A stretch of 64,000 nt of DNA from Octopus sinensis (taxonomy: Eukaryota), in the NCBI RefSeq assembly GCF_006345805.1, contig NC_042997.1, positions 91,326,001 to 91,390,000 of the forward strand, in the 5' to 3' direction. Under the pieces are notes generated by a model. The model worked only from the letters and a program-made list of their open reading frames with translations. It did no database searches and was not told the DNA's origin. Position 1 is the stretch's first letter. Every line of letters begins with the position of its first letter. Of this stretch, positions 1-12,269 are shown piece by piece. The translations under genes and the position numbers were made by a program.

Positions 1-160
1 TGTGTTTACGTCCCAGTCACTTAGCGGTTCGGCAAAAGAGGCCGATAGAATAAGTACTGGGTTACAAAGAATAAGTCCCGGGGTCGATTTGCTCGACTAA
101 AGGTGGTGCTCCAGCATGGCCGCAGTCAAATGACTGAAACAAGTAAAAGAGTAAAGAGTA
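1..160 (+). mobile_element. 3' part of a tRNA-derived SINE (cephalopod-type family), cut by the window edge
   Basis: Ends GGGGTCGATTTGCTCGACTAAAGGTGGTGCTCCAGCATGGCCGCAGTCAAATGACTGAAACAAGTAAAAGAG. The same tail recurs at 53040-53205 (+) and in reverse at 2820, 8620 and 53305, where tRNA-like heads are visible. Confidence 0.8.
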
Positions 161-1139
161 AACTAGGGTTAGGGTTTAGAATTCAGGGTTAAAAAGTCGT
201 TGTAGGATCGACTACTTACGACTAGCTAGCGCGAGTGCGCGCACCGGGATTACTGTTCGCTAGTAGTACCGAATTATCCGTAAATTTTTAATTTTTCTAG
301 TGAGGAAAAAACCCCAGTATAAAGGATAAACTTTAATAGGCCTAAGCTAATTCCCACAATCCTTATGGTCCTTAGTTTTAATTTTGTTGGGCATTTACAA
401 AACTTGAATCATAGAGTTGGTAAGCTTAATTCATTAAAGTTGATTTTGATTTAGATTTAAGGAGATTATTTCGAAATTTGTACATATTATATGGCGGACA
501 AAAGGGTAACTGCAGTAATTGAAAGTGAAAGGAAGGTATTGTCATTGTGTGTATAAATGTTCGTGTTCTGTACCATTTCGTACACCCCACCACGTATCTT
601 CTAACGTAAAAACGTTCAGTTTGATCATTTCCGAAAAGAAAAAAAATAATAAAGAACCGCATCTTTCGACTAGTCCTGTTGTTGACGATTTTTGCCGATT
701 GTTAACGGTTACTTTCCTTCCACTTCAATCGGTGCAGTTTGTTTCCCTTTGTTAGCCATATTATATGAACTAAGTTCGAAAGATCGCCATTATAATCACT
801 CCAACTACGCATGTTGGTGTTAGTTTCGTGGTGATTGCTCAAAACAGTATATAATATAGGATGTGTTGCATACAGGATATTGCCATTTTGGCTAATACTG
901 TTTAGTTCAGTGAAAAGTAAAAACTATGGCTAAGTCAGCCTCTAATTTGGTTATAATATACTTTCAAATATTAGCTTCATAAGTGTGATTATGAAATATC
1001 TATAAATAATTGTTGTCCAAGGCAAGATCAATCAATTGATAGTTGGTTACTTTGCATCTCTAGTATCTGTATTGACCTTTATAGAATGAGGTCACCAGAT
1101 TTCTCCTCTAGTGCAAATTTTGTGGGTGCCATGTAAACA

Positions 1140-1325
1140 CATACATGCCAGCGTTGTGTAAAAGCACCCAGTACACTCTGTAAAGTGGTTGGCATTAGGT
1201 AAGGCATCTAACCATAAAACCATGCCAAAACAGAACTTGGAATCTGGGTAGCTCTTAAACTGGCCAGCTCCTGTCAAGCTGTCCAACCCATGCTAGCATG
1301 GAAAACAGATGTTAAATGATGATGC
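1140..1325 (+). mobile_element. RTE LINE 3' end fragment
   Basis: AAAAGCACCC...GTGGTTGGCATTAGG...CCAACCCATGCTAGCATGGAAAAC...TTAAATGATGATG matches the 3' UTR and tail of the ORF-bearing RTE copies at 13955-16890 and 37396-38818. Confidence 0.85.
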
Positions 1326-1598
1326 TCTCTCTCTCACACATATATATTAATGATAGCTTAGTAAAATTTCCATTTACAGCTTAACTCAATACATGCAATA
1401 GGAGACACTTGTCCAAAGTTACTGCACTGCAGGACAGTCTAAAATTTTCTATGGCCTGATGTCAACCCTTGCCTGTTTCTAAGGTAATATTTCCCACAAC
1501 CAGATATGTTTTCATGGAAGATTGGAAATGGACACTGCTTGTATGGTGATATCACTTGCAACTATCATGTGATGTCAAACCAAGGAGGCAGTATTGTG

Positions 1599-1600
<2 letters not shown>

Positions 1601-1643
<43 letters not shown>
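1601..1643. repeat. (CA)n microsatellite
   Basis: Read directly. Confidence 0.95.
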
Positions 1644-1648
<5 letters not shown>

Positions 1649-2817
1649 TATTAAAGTACCTCAAGTTTCTGTCTTCCAAAATCCATTTGTCTGGGTTTGC
1701 CCAAAATTTCATGCAGTTGAACTGAATCTGTTGGGAAGCAAATTTCTTCAGTAATGGCTCTGGTGAAGGGTGGGATCTGCATATGTAAGACTGGCCAAGA
1801 AACACCATGGCAAAGTAGTGTCTTGATTGCTCCATCAATAGTTAAGGGTACAAAGGTGTGTATAGAATGTTTGCAACAGAGCAGACTGCTCTCTAGTGCA
1901 GTCTTGGCATCCAAGGGCCAAGTTCTGATGTTGACCAAGCAATAGATTGACTACTATTTGAACAGAAATTATATATCAGCCATTAATACCATAGGGTGAG
2001 GTTTCATGCAAATTTGGTTGCTATTTGTAGTAAGTCAGCTGCTAAAAATGTAGCTTGTTGAAATGTTTTCAAATTATAGGCTGCTAAATTCCTTGCACCA
2101 CTTAATATAACTTTATAAAAAAAAAATTCCTTTTTGAAACTTTTGTGAACACTTAGTTTTATAAGTATAATCTTGAGACCTCTATTATATTTTGTTGATG
2201 TGTACAGATTTATGAACAAATATTAACAATTTCAAACAATTTGTGGCAACCTTTCATTTTGTGATGCATATGAAGGCAAATAACAAATTGTTCCAAAACA
2301 TTGTCTGGTAAACCAGTCTTTTCAGACTAGACCTCAGTAATGCAGCATTGCATAGGAGCTCTAACAAAAGGAGTATGGAATTTCATCAAAAGTAAATATC
2401 TTATGAATAGAATGTAAGATGTTTTCTTCTCTCGTGTCATTTTCACTAAGTATGGGTAATATTTCTATGATATGAAAACTGGATTTCTGTGTAAGGTTCT
2501 GCAGTTTTCCTTTTGTTTATATATGTTTGCTTGCAATTTCTAAAGTAATCATTGTTATTAGGAATCTTCAGATTTTCTCCATTAAGTAGAAGGAAACTGC
2601 ATTGTGAATTAAATGATCTAATCAGTTGGATTTCATTTTCTCATCTCAGAATTAATGAACTAGTCTTGTAAGCCAGATTTTCTTTAATAAATAATGTTGA
2701 ATGGGTGCTTTTTGAACTACAATAGTTAAAATGCTTTCATTTGCTAGAGGATTGTCTATATTTTGATAAAATCTGTAGTGAAGCAAATTCATGTTGTAAA
2801 ATATATTACTTGATTTT

Positions 2818-3140
2818 TATCTTGTTTCAGTCTTTAAACTGAGGCCATGCAAGGGCACTGCCTTGAAGAATTTTAGACAAACAAATTGACCCCAGTATCT
2901 TTTTTTTTGTAGAGCTTGATACTTATTTTATCAGTCTCTTATACCACACCACTAAGTTATGGGGATGTAAATGCACCAACACCAGTTACGTGGCATTGGG
3001 AGACACACACATGTACACAATGGGCTTCTTTCAGTTTCCATCTACCAAATCCACTCACAAGGCATTAGTCATCCTGAGGCTGTATAGTAGAAGAGGTGCC
3101 ATGTATTTGGGACGCAAGCTTCTTACCACGCAGTCATACC
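2818..3140 (-). mobile_element. tRNA-derived SINE
   Basis: Reverse complement of the tail seen at 1-160 (CTTGTTTCAGTC...GGCCATGC), body shared with 8620-9003 and 53305-54075, and a tRNA-like head near 3110-3140. Confidence 0.75.
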
Positions 3141-3573
3141 TACACTGTGTGTGGGAAAATCTCAGAGAAGCAGCGTCACATGTGTTTAATCTAAGTTCAT
3201 TAAATGTTATATCTGTATTTAAAGTGAAATTTCTTGATATAAAATTTGTGAATAAATTGGTAATAGATTTGAGAATAAATCAAATTGGATTGAGTGTTAT
3301 AGAAAGTAAGCTTTAAGATATTTATTTTAATATAAAATAATGAAAATAACATTTTTGTAAAATGAATTCATTTTCTTCCAAAAATGTATCAGTTTATAAA
3401 TTTCATATTTAAGATCTAAAAAACATAGTTCTGGAATTGCCTATTCTCTGTTGAAATGTGTCATTCTTCAATTATGAACTCTAAAGCTTGGTAGTTATTT
3501 TTATGGTATAGATTGATGCAAAAATGGTATTTGACTGTTATGTTTAAAGAATTTGTACTTTTTATCATTTTAG

Positions 3574-3730
3574 GTGTCCAGAGAGTTCTTCTACTCGTAA
3601 GAAAATGATTTACACCTCAACTCTTAATACTTTAAAAAGTGCTTTGGCTGGTATTCAAGTAGAAGTTCAATCAAATGATTTGGGTGATCTAGACTTTGAG
3701 GAAGTACTACAGAAGGTGGACAAAAGCTGA
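3574..3730 (+). CDS. Terminal coding exon of an actin-depolymerizing factor (ADF/cofilin family) gene; upstream exons not found in the window
   Basis: Polypyrimidine tract with AG acceptor at 3572-3573 and phase-2 entry (last base of a Trp codon), then CPESSSTRKKMIYTSTLNTLKSALAGIQVEVQSNDLGDLDFEEVLQKVDKS-stop (TGA 3728-3730). This matches the ADF-H C-terminal pattern W-x-P-x5-K-K-M-x-Y...L-x-G-I-x2-E-x-Q. Confidence 0.9.
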
Positions 3731-4362
3731 ATATTCTCATCCATATTTTGCAAAAATGTTATGTATATATATACATACGTATAATGTCTCAACTCGCATT
3801 GTATTTGTCTGACCATGAAAATTTGTTTTTATTTTTTTAAGATTTTCTAAAGCAACAAAAATTTTAGATTTCATAACTGATAACTGTTTCATCTGTCTGT
3901 TGTACACAACATTTCTTCTCTGCTATTTTATAATGAACTAATTTTTATCTGACATTCACTATCTGGTTCTTTTTTTATGTTGGCGACATAAATCCAAAAA
4001 TTTAAAGAAATACTGCTTATGAATATTAAAGGATTTATTTTTCTATGTGAAGTTAACAAGAAATATTTAGTATAAACTTCCATTGTGCAAAGCATGCCAT
4101 CATGGAAAAAATTAATTATACTGAATTAAAAGCTGAAGTGTTAACAAGCATGGAGAACATGACTTTCAAGTGCTTTAAACACGGAATGGTGTATCTGCCC
4201 TTAGATTTACTAAACTTTAGCTCTTTAAAAAAATTGTAACAAATGGATATTCAGTTTAAATTGCTGCTGACTGCTTCTTCCCAACGTGGTTAAACTTTGG
4301 TCTGCATCTTGCTCAGCCAGTAGCTTTTAATGTCCATAACATTTTTTTGATTTTTATATCAC

Positions 4363-4389
4363 AATAAATTTGACACTATTGAAAATAAA
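4363..4389 (+). terminator. Candidate polyadenylation signals of the ADF/cofilin 3' UTR
   Basis: AATAAA at 4363-4368 and 4384-4389, followed by a T-rich tract (4394-4420), about 650 nt after the stop codon in repeat-free sequence. Confidence 0.5.
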
Positions 4390-5092
4390 AAGCTTTTCTT
4401 TTTTTATTTTTGTATTTCCATTTGTGAATTATGAATATAATTAAAATGTATAGAAAATATCTGCAAAGAATTTCTGGAAGCATTGTAGCAATTTCTTTTT
4501 AAATCTCAACCTGAATATATATCTAGTTTACTAACATTTTTGTAAGATCTTGTTTATTTTGATCCTGTACTTCAGAAATTTCAGCATAGATGTCTTATTG
4601 TAAGACTGGTAAGAATTGCAAAGAAAAATCTCAATGGGTAGCATTGTTCTGTGTGATGTTTTTATTGAAAGATTTTTTAGGTTTGGAAATTAACCAGAGT
4701 TAATGTTTTTGATACATATTTTTCTTCAAATTCCTTTGAATTTTGTAGAAAGTTGATTGATGTTAGTATATCATTTGCATATAAATACAGGAGTAATTCA
4801 CTCAGTGAACATTCCCTGTAGGGTTTAGTTCAAAACTACTTGCAAACAATGGTTACCACACAATATGTTGGGTCTCCTTTCTCTTGAACTCACTATGACA
4901 AACTATAATGCATTACAAACCATTCTAAGTAATGCATTTTGCATTGTTATAGGCTTCATGAACACTGAACAAGTTTACTAACTACATTTATACCAATGAG
5001 ATAGCTTATGTGGTCATATGAGGTGCTAGGAATGGTAGTCAAATTTTTTAGTCATAACCCTTTAGCATTCAGATTACTCTGTTATATATATA

Positions 5093-5570
5093 ATCATCAT
5101 TGTCGTTGAACGTCTGCTTTCCATGCTGGCATGGGTTGGACGGTTTGACTCGAGGACTGGTGAGCCAGAAGACTGCACCAGGCTCAATCTGATCTGGCAA
5201 CGTTTCTACAGCTGGATGCCCTTCCTAACGCCAACCACTCCCAGAGTGTAGCTGGTACTTTTATGTGCTGCCGGCATGAGGGCCAATCAGGCAGTACTGG
5301 CAATGACCACGCTCAGAAGGTGTTTTTTGTGTGCCACCTGCATGGGAGCCAGTCCAGCGGCACTGGCAATAACCATGCTTGAATGTTGTTTTTCATGTGC
5401 CTGTATGCCGATGCTGGCAATGATCATGCTTGAATGGTGCTTTTTACATGCCACCAGCATGGGAGCAAGTCAGTGGCTCTGGCAAAAAACACGCTCAGAT
5501 GGTGCTTCTAACGTTCCACTGGCACAAGTGCCAATCAGGTGGTACTGTCATCGGCCACGTCAGCAATTTT
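5093..5570 (-). mobile_element. RTE LINE 3' end with about 5 degenerate 60-bp subrepeats
   Basis: (CAT)n tail, TTTCCATGCTGGCATGGGTTGGACGG, GGATGCCCTTCCTAACGCCAACCAC, then repeated GGTGCTTTTTACGTGCCACC-like units. Confidence 0.85.
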
Positions 5571-6691
5571 TGATTATTCATACTAGCAAGAATATTTTAC
5601 GGAATTAATGGTAAACCTATTGGGTTATGTCTGAAAACATTATCCAAAAAAGTCTGAAAGCATAGCCTATGATGTTTGTATGGAAAAATAGTCACTCATC
5701 TGCTTCTCATTGAAAAGTGAATGAAATTGGAATATGATGATTACTTAATGTACTTTATATATACATTTTATATACTTTATGCACAATTTTATTGACTTAA
5801 TTACACATCACTCATAAAATAAATATTTGCTCTTATTTTTCCATTTTTCCAATAAACAAAAGAAAATATATCTTGTACATAGCAATCTTGAAATAGCAAT
5901 CTTATGAATCCAACACTAACCACTAAGCTGTTCACCTCCACATATTGCAAATTATAGTATGTAAATATTTATCACTAGAGAAATTCAAATGGTATGGTTT
6001 TGCTTGATATGGGTAAAACCAGCATCTGTTGTGCAACAGCTATATTCAGTCATGAAGTCAGATCCCATCTTGGACCAACACCTAAATGGTGATGAAAATC
6101 TTAGTATTTTTAATTTCTAATTCAAAAACAGAGATGAACCACCCTGAAAGAAATGTATATACAGTATACATGTAGTATTTGTATATATTTCATTTTGAAT
6201 GTTAGATAATTAATGTTGGTTTATTCAATTAGAAAGCAAAAACCTAATGACGATATAATTAGCACCTAGCACATCTTGTTTCTTAATTTCTGTTTTAATA
6301 TTTAAATTCTTTATTTGACTGTTATTTTCAACCACAAAATATTTATATCTGTTTATGAAATTCTCTGTATGTACTTTTTCTTTCTTGGCGATCGAAGCAA
6401 ATCAATGACTTCGTGCTGTAGCCGTTTTTCTTCCTATGTGATTTAAAGCAGTTTTTGATATGTGGTATTCCAACATTAGAAACGAGTTCCAAACATGCTA
6501 TTCAAGTTCGCTGAAACTTATCTCCTGCCACTCAAAATAACAATTCAAATGGAATAAAGAGTACATGCATCACAACAACAACAGCGAGTATGTGTGTAGA
6601 CTTACAATATCCTATTGTTAAGAAAATTTTACACAATCATTCAATAAAACTCAAATGGGATAAAGAGTACATGCTTTATCCGCCTAAATAG

Positions 6692-7788
6692 TGTAACGAG
6701 ACCTACTTGGTAGTCAAGTCTCTGACGCCCCACTTTATTGAGGCCACCGTTGTTACAAGTTATGGGAGTGGGGGGGAAATGTTTTCATTTCAAGAATGCA
6801 CCTTTATCCCACGGGGTCAGACATGTGTTTAACGTCTGCAGATCGTCATGTCCATCAACAAATCCCAAGGCCAAACACTATTGGTGGCGGTCATCCATTT
6901 GGGGGAGCTGTGCTTTTCACATGGGCCACTTTATATGGCCAGCTCCCATGTGGGGAGTAGAAACGCCCTTTTTGTGTATGCTCCACAAGGCAGAACATGC
7001 AATGTTGTCTGTAGCGAAGTTTTATAGACGTAGAAAGAACAAGTCATCACTGCAGCTGATATGGTTATAGACAGGTGATGCGGAAGCATTGGCCAGACAT
7101 ATTCTCAAACCATGGCAGTATGACTCGTGGACTCTTCCTCTTCTTTATTGGACAATGCTGACTCTCCAACAACAATGCTCACTTGGCCAATATCAGTGCT
7201 TGGCCAAGTTGCTCATATAGTTAGGCTAGAAGGGCCAGGCCCCTTATTTTTTTGTTAAGGCTGCTGGTGAATTTTCCTATGTTACTGCAATTCGGATCCC
7301 CAATGCAAACCTTCGAATCAACCTTCTCTAATGCAACCTTATCCAATCCAAATCTTTGAGTCAACCTTCTTCACTGCAGATCTCTAATGCAAGCTTTCGA
7401 TGCATCTTTAACCAATGCAAACCTTCGATGCAACCTTCTCCAGTGCAGATCTTTGATGCAACCTTCTCTAATGCATATTTTTGATGCAGCCTTAACTGAT
7501 AGTACCCCTAGGTTAGGACTAGATTGGGGTTAGTTGCTGCCTTTTAGAGGCTCCCGGGCCCCCTTTCACTAGGTTAGCTTAGGCTTAGTTGTGATCCGAA
7601 CATAACCTATTCTGATCAGAGGATTAGGAGCCCTTTTGGGCATTCTATTTTCCTTGCCGGAAGGGCTCCCAGCCCATGGTCCGGGGTGGGTGGGTTAGAT
7701 GATGGGAGTAGGGTTCGAAAGGGCTGGCATGTACAACTTGGTCATCTCTGCCGGTCAAACTCCCAACCCATGCATTCCCGTCATGACA
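6692..7788 (-). mobile_element. Probable solo LTR (~1.1 kb) nested in the Helitron
   Basis: On the minus strand it starts TGTCATG and ends CGTTACA, with AATAAA about 45 nt before the end and higher GC than the flanks. No clean TSD (ATAG vs AAGA). Confidence 0.4.
7298..7495. repeat. Degenerate ~29-bp minisatellite (AATGCAAACCTTCGATGCAACCTTCTC-like)
   Basis: About 6 imperfect tandem units read directly. Confidence 0.7.
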
Positions 7789-8614
7789 AAGATTCTGCAG
7801 AACTGGGCTTGGTATGAAAACCAACTTTAAAGTATAAATATAGATTTTTTGAATCCGCAATGTTGTGTTTGGTTAAGTCCTATTTGGGGTGAAAAATCAA
7901 TAAACCGATTCCTTATAGAATTTCCCTCTAAAATTGACTACACCCCATTTTCAGCCATAACTTTTACCAGTTTTGTTCAAACTTGATGCTGGCGTTACTT
8001 AAAACTCATGGGATCTTTGAATGCTTTAAATCCCCCCCACCCAAAAAAAAAAACAATCGATGAGTGGAAAAATCAAAACAATTCCTTATGGATTTCCTAA
8101 TCAAATTGTCTGCAACCTATTTTCAGCCAAACGTTTACCAATTTCAACAGATTTTGCTCAAATTTGATGTTGGTGTTACTCAGTTTGGTTTGAAACAAAG
8201 TGCTTGATTAGCTTAATAATCCTAACTTAATCCCGAGCAGCGCCGGGTTATACTGCTAGTCTGAAATATTTACAATACCTTCACAAGGTCAGCTTTTTAC
8301 ATGATTCTGACTTAGACTTAAATTATTGATGCTTACGTTGAGAATGCAAATGTAAAATTGGAAAATATGTAAACATGTTTTTATTAATGATATGTCTGGA
8401 AGCAAATTCAGCTAGAATAGCTTATGGGGATTGCCACTTCTTTACAGAAGGTGGTCCTCTCTTCAATTAGTAAGCACTGTCATGAGATTTCATGACTAGT
8501 ACGTCTGACATTGGACAAACAGACTGTGCTGCAGATGTTCAGGAAGAAAAGTGTGTGGTATTGAAGTTGAATGCTGTTTTAGTTAGTGCTTGTTTCAAGA
8601 TGGATTTTTCAATT

Positions 8615-8797
8615 CTTTATTCTTTTGCTTGTTTCAGTCATTTGGCTGTGGCCATGCTTAAAGGATTTTTTAGTCAAAGAAATCGACCTCAGGACTTACT
8701 CTTTCACTCTTTTGCTGAACTGCTAAGGTACAAGGATGTAAACACCAACATTAGTTGTCAAGTGATGGTGTGTGTGTGTGGAAGAAACAAATATATA

Positions 8798-8843
<46 letters not shown>

Positions 8844-9003
8844 CACACACACACACGATGGTCTTCTTTCAGTTTCCATCTACCAAACCCTCTCACAAGG
8901 TATTGGTTGGCCTGAGGCTATAGTAGAAGACACTTGCACAAGATGCCATACAGTGGGACTGAACCTGGAACCATGTGGTTGGGAAGTAAGCTGCTTACCA
9001 CAT
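8615..9003 (-). mobile_element. tRNA-derived SINE with internal (TA)n/(CA)n
   Basis: Same family as 2818-3140. Reverse tRNA head GGGACTGAACCTGGAACCATGTGGTTGGGAAG..CTTACCAC. Confidence 0.8.
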
Positions 9004-9189
9004 ATTGTAGATTCAAACTTATCAATCTTCTGTCAACTGCTCCCAGTCTTCAACATTCACACTAAAAAGCTTTTGACAGTATCACTAAAACATTTCTCAA
9101 GTTTATATCTTGGATGATTACCATATTGCAACTCTATAAAACTGCTTAGGTAACCTGTCAGCTTGCATCCTAATAAGGTACCCAGCCCA

Positions 9190-10460
9190 ATACAGCTGAT
9201 TGTGCATGAAGAGCCTTCCAGATGCTTTGCTGGCTTTTACGATACTCGGGATCTATTGCAGAATCAAGGATCCATCTCTGGAGAGAGTACTGCTAGTGTA
9301 GATGAAATACAACCACATCCAATCATATACCCTGGATGGTGATGTTGAGTTCAACATGGTTCACCTGGAAGCTAAGAGAACATGAGTTTTGTCTTTAGAC
9401 TGATGGTAAGTCCAAAAGCAGTGCACATTCTAAAGAAGAGATCCATTATAATCATCATCAATATAAAGGAACTTATGAACTATGGTCTGGAATGTCATGG
9501 AATTTTGTGTGTTGAAGTGTGTTACATCGAAGACATTGCCTATAGTTCTGAAGTGAAAATGTAGATGCCGATACAAGACAGTTACAAAAAAATATATAGA
9601 AAAATGAGTATTGGAGCAGGGATATTACCTTGTTTAACCCCTTTTATTGATGGAAATTGGTTCCAAGAGCAAATTGTTGAATTTATAAAAAGCTTATGTA
9701 ATTTCTTAACTCTTTAACAGTTAAACCAGCCATAGCCAGCTTAAAATGTATGAGATAATGCATGATCAATTGAAAACAATGTGAATGAAACCACATTGAC
9801 TTCCTGGAATAGTAGAGAGACATATTCAGTTAGCTGATTAAGTAAAGCTGCAAAATCCTTACCAACTGCTTCATGCGTGCTTATTCCTCTAATTTCTACT
9901 CATGGATTTGAAATCCTTTCCTTTGCTCAATGAAATTAAAATAGAATCAACCCAGTCTTGGGGGACTGGAGTGCTCGACCAGATGTATTAGATGGTGGAT
10001 CTCTACAGCAAACCTTCACCCTCATGGAGGATTTCAGGGGGAAATCCTGGTGCCTTTCCAGTATTTCTTTGATCATTATTTTTATCTCATCCATCTTGGG
10101 ATAATTCATCATGTCAAGGACAATATCCTATTTTCATCTTTAAGTGAGGGATTATATAATCTGTGAAGTGTTTAGTCCAACATTTCATGAGACCCTCATG
10201 ATCTTTAAAGAGAAAGGAACCATCCTTAGACTTCTCTATTGCCTCCCAGGTCTTGTGATCACATCTAATATGGGTGTTGAAATCATCAAGAAGGAAGTTC
10301 TTATCTATTTTTGGAATCAAAATTATAATTGGTCTAAGATTTTGATAGAAAACTATGATAAATACACTGCTGCTTGTCAAGAGTGGGAACACAAAAAGGA
10401 ATGAAGGACAGTCATAAAATGATAGCATGGTAAAGGAGCTCAAATGTGCATGATTCTGTC
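9190..10460 (-). pseudogene. Old fragments of a BovB-like RTE LINE ORF
   Basis: Minus-strand peptides SSTLSRDGSL..KASKASGRL (about 9220-9300), PQDWVDSILISLSKGKD (about 9910-9965) and SKDGS..KDHEGLMKCWTKHF (ORF 10114-10443). Interrupted and frameshifted. Confidence 0.6.
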
Positions 10461-10654
10461 ACTGAAACCATGAGGTTCTAGTTTGTGGGTTAACTCTGTA
10501 TGAATGGCAAAACCCACTTATTGTTTTTTACTCTTTGGTTTACCCTCCTAGGATGGTTTTCTAGTGATTTTACGATTCTAATATTTGTGGTGGACAGATG
10601 TAAAGTCGAGTAAAATGACTTAACTTGACTTTTATTTTTCCATATATATATATA

Positions 10655-10930
10655 TATGAGTTCAATTCCTGGCAACATGTCATGTCCTTGAGCAAGACAA
10701 CTTTATTTTACATTGCTGCAGTCCACTCAGCTGCAAAAATGAATATTACTTGTATTTCAAAGGACCAACCTTGTCACACTGTGTCATGCTAAATCTCTCT
10801 GAGAACTATGCTAAAAGGGTACCTGTGTCTGTGGAGTGCTCCGCTACTAGCACATTCATTTCACGAGCTGACTGTTTCATTTATCAGATCAACTGGAAAC
10901 ATTATCATCGTAGCCAATGGAGTACCAGTT
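10655..10930 (+). mobile_element. CORE-like tRNA SINE, 5' truncated
   Basis: GAGTTCAATTCC B-box then GTCCTTGAGCAAGACA...CCACTCAGCTG, shared with 17765-18080. Confidence 0.65.
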
Positions 10931-11552
10931 AGTTACAAGCTATCATATTATGTCAGGTTGCTCTGAAGTGCTACTGCTAACATAACCCAGTACAACCTGT
11001 TACATGGTCAGACCACCAGCGACTAAACTGGTAACCCCACCAAGCTTACTTGGAGGGTGATTTTGGACACCTGCAGGAATTAAAACAAGACCCCCATCAA
11101 AGGGTGGAAGAATTCATGTGAGTTAATGGCCACTCCAATGTACATACATGCTTGTGATATATGCACACACAGGGTTGACTGGGCTCCTTAGTATCATTAA
11201 GACAGCTAATCTAAGAGATTGTGCCATACTACCTGGCACTTGTAGTACAAGAGAGGTCAATAAAATATGCAGCCTCCATAATCATCCAGTCATTTTACTC
11301 TAGCTTGCCACTGGATATCAGATTTTGGGGGAAGAGACAGTGTTATACATGTACAAATTTGTAGTATTGCTATCAAAATGTACCCTTTTCAAATCCCATG
11401 GCAATTAAGTAGTGGAAACACGTGCAGGCTTAATAAGCTGGGAGCATATAGTCACAAATCTGTACAAAGGCAGTTCAAGGCCCATCTAACATCACTGCAT
11501 TGTTAACAAAACAACAGCATGCTTCAGTGAGGTCACAAGCATCTTGTTGTTT

Positions 11553-11703
11553 TGTTGACCAGCTTGATTGTAGAAAATTTGTTTGGGTCACCTTTTCTAG
11601 ACCTTTCCCAGATTTCTGTACAATAGCACTGCTCCCCAAGAAATCTGGGAAAGGTCTAGAAAAGGTGACCCAAACAAATGTTCTACCATCAAGCTGATCA
11701 GCA
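11553..11703. repeat. Near-perfect inverted repeat (65-bp arms, 21-nt loop)
   Basis: Arms 11553-11617 and 11639-11703; ATTTGTTTGGGTCACCTTTTCTAGACCTTTCCCAGATTTCT pairs with its exact reverse complement. Confidence 0.9.
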
Positions 11704-11854
11704 ACCTGCATCAATAAGAAAAGAGGCAAAATCTTTGTAGAAATGGCAAGTCTTCTTTCTCTTTGGATTGTTAGGTTGAATCGTCAGCATGCTACTATTA
11801 GTCAAGAACTTGTAGCGAGGCACAAAGAAGCCAGTGCAATTTTGAAACCATTAT

Positions 11855-12065
11855 TATAATGGTTTCAAATTTTGGCACAAGAGCAGCAATTTTGGGGGAG
11901 GGTTAAGTCAATTACATCAACCCCAGTACTCAACTGGTACTTATCTTATTGACCCTGAAAAGATGAAAGGCAAAGTTGACCTTGGCAGAATTTAAACTCA
12001 GGACATAAAGATAGACAAAATGCCACTAAGCATTTTGCCCAGAGTGCTAATGATTCTGCCAGTCC
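11855..12065 (-). mobile_element. Nin-domain-like tRNA SINE
   Basis: The reverse strand reads GGCAGAATCATTAGCAC...AAATGCTTAG...GAGTTTAAATTCTGCCAAGGTCAACTTTGCCTTTCATC...ATAAGTACCAGT, the same family as 25465-25660, 36750-37365 and 41802-42039. Confidence 0.75.
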
Positions 12066-12269
12066 TTAATACAAGTCCTAATAATATATAATTATAAAAA
12101 TACAACAGGATTTTTCAAACATTGAATAGCTATGGGGATTTAACACAAGTAAAATAGAATCAAAGGGGTCCATGGATAAAAACTTGTTGAGAACCCTGCT
12201 CTAGAATATTTGTTAACTTCCCTGCTTGACTAGTGCTACTACTGCCTGAGAAACTGTGATGATCCAGTA

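Larger units (their letters stand above)
6348..8259 (+). mobile_element. Non-autonomous Helitron carrying a GC-richer insert
   Basis: 3' hairpin CCCGAGCAGCGCCGGG (8232-8247) then CTAG|T (8256-8260), nearly the same as the Helitron end at 50283. Internal ~110-bp direct repeats (7890-8000 / 8065-8180). The 5' A|TC at 6348 is tentative. Confidence 0.6.
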
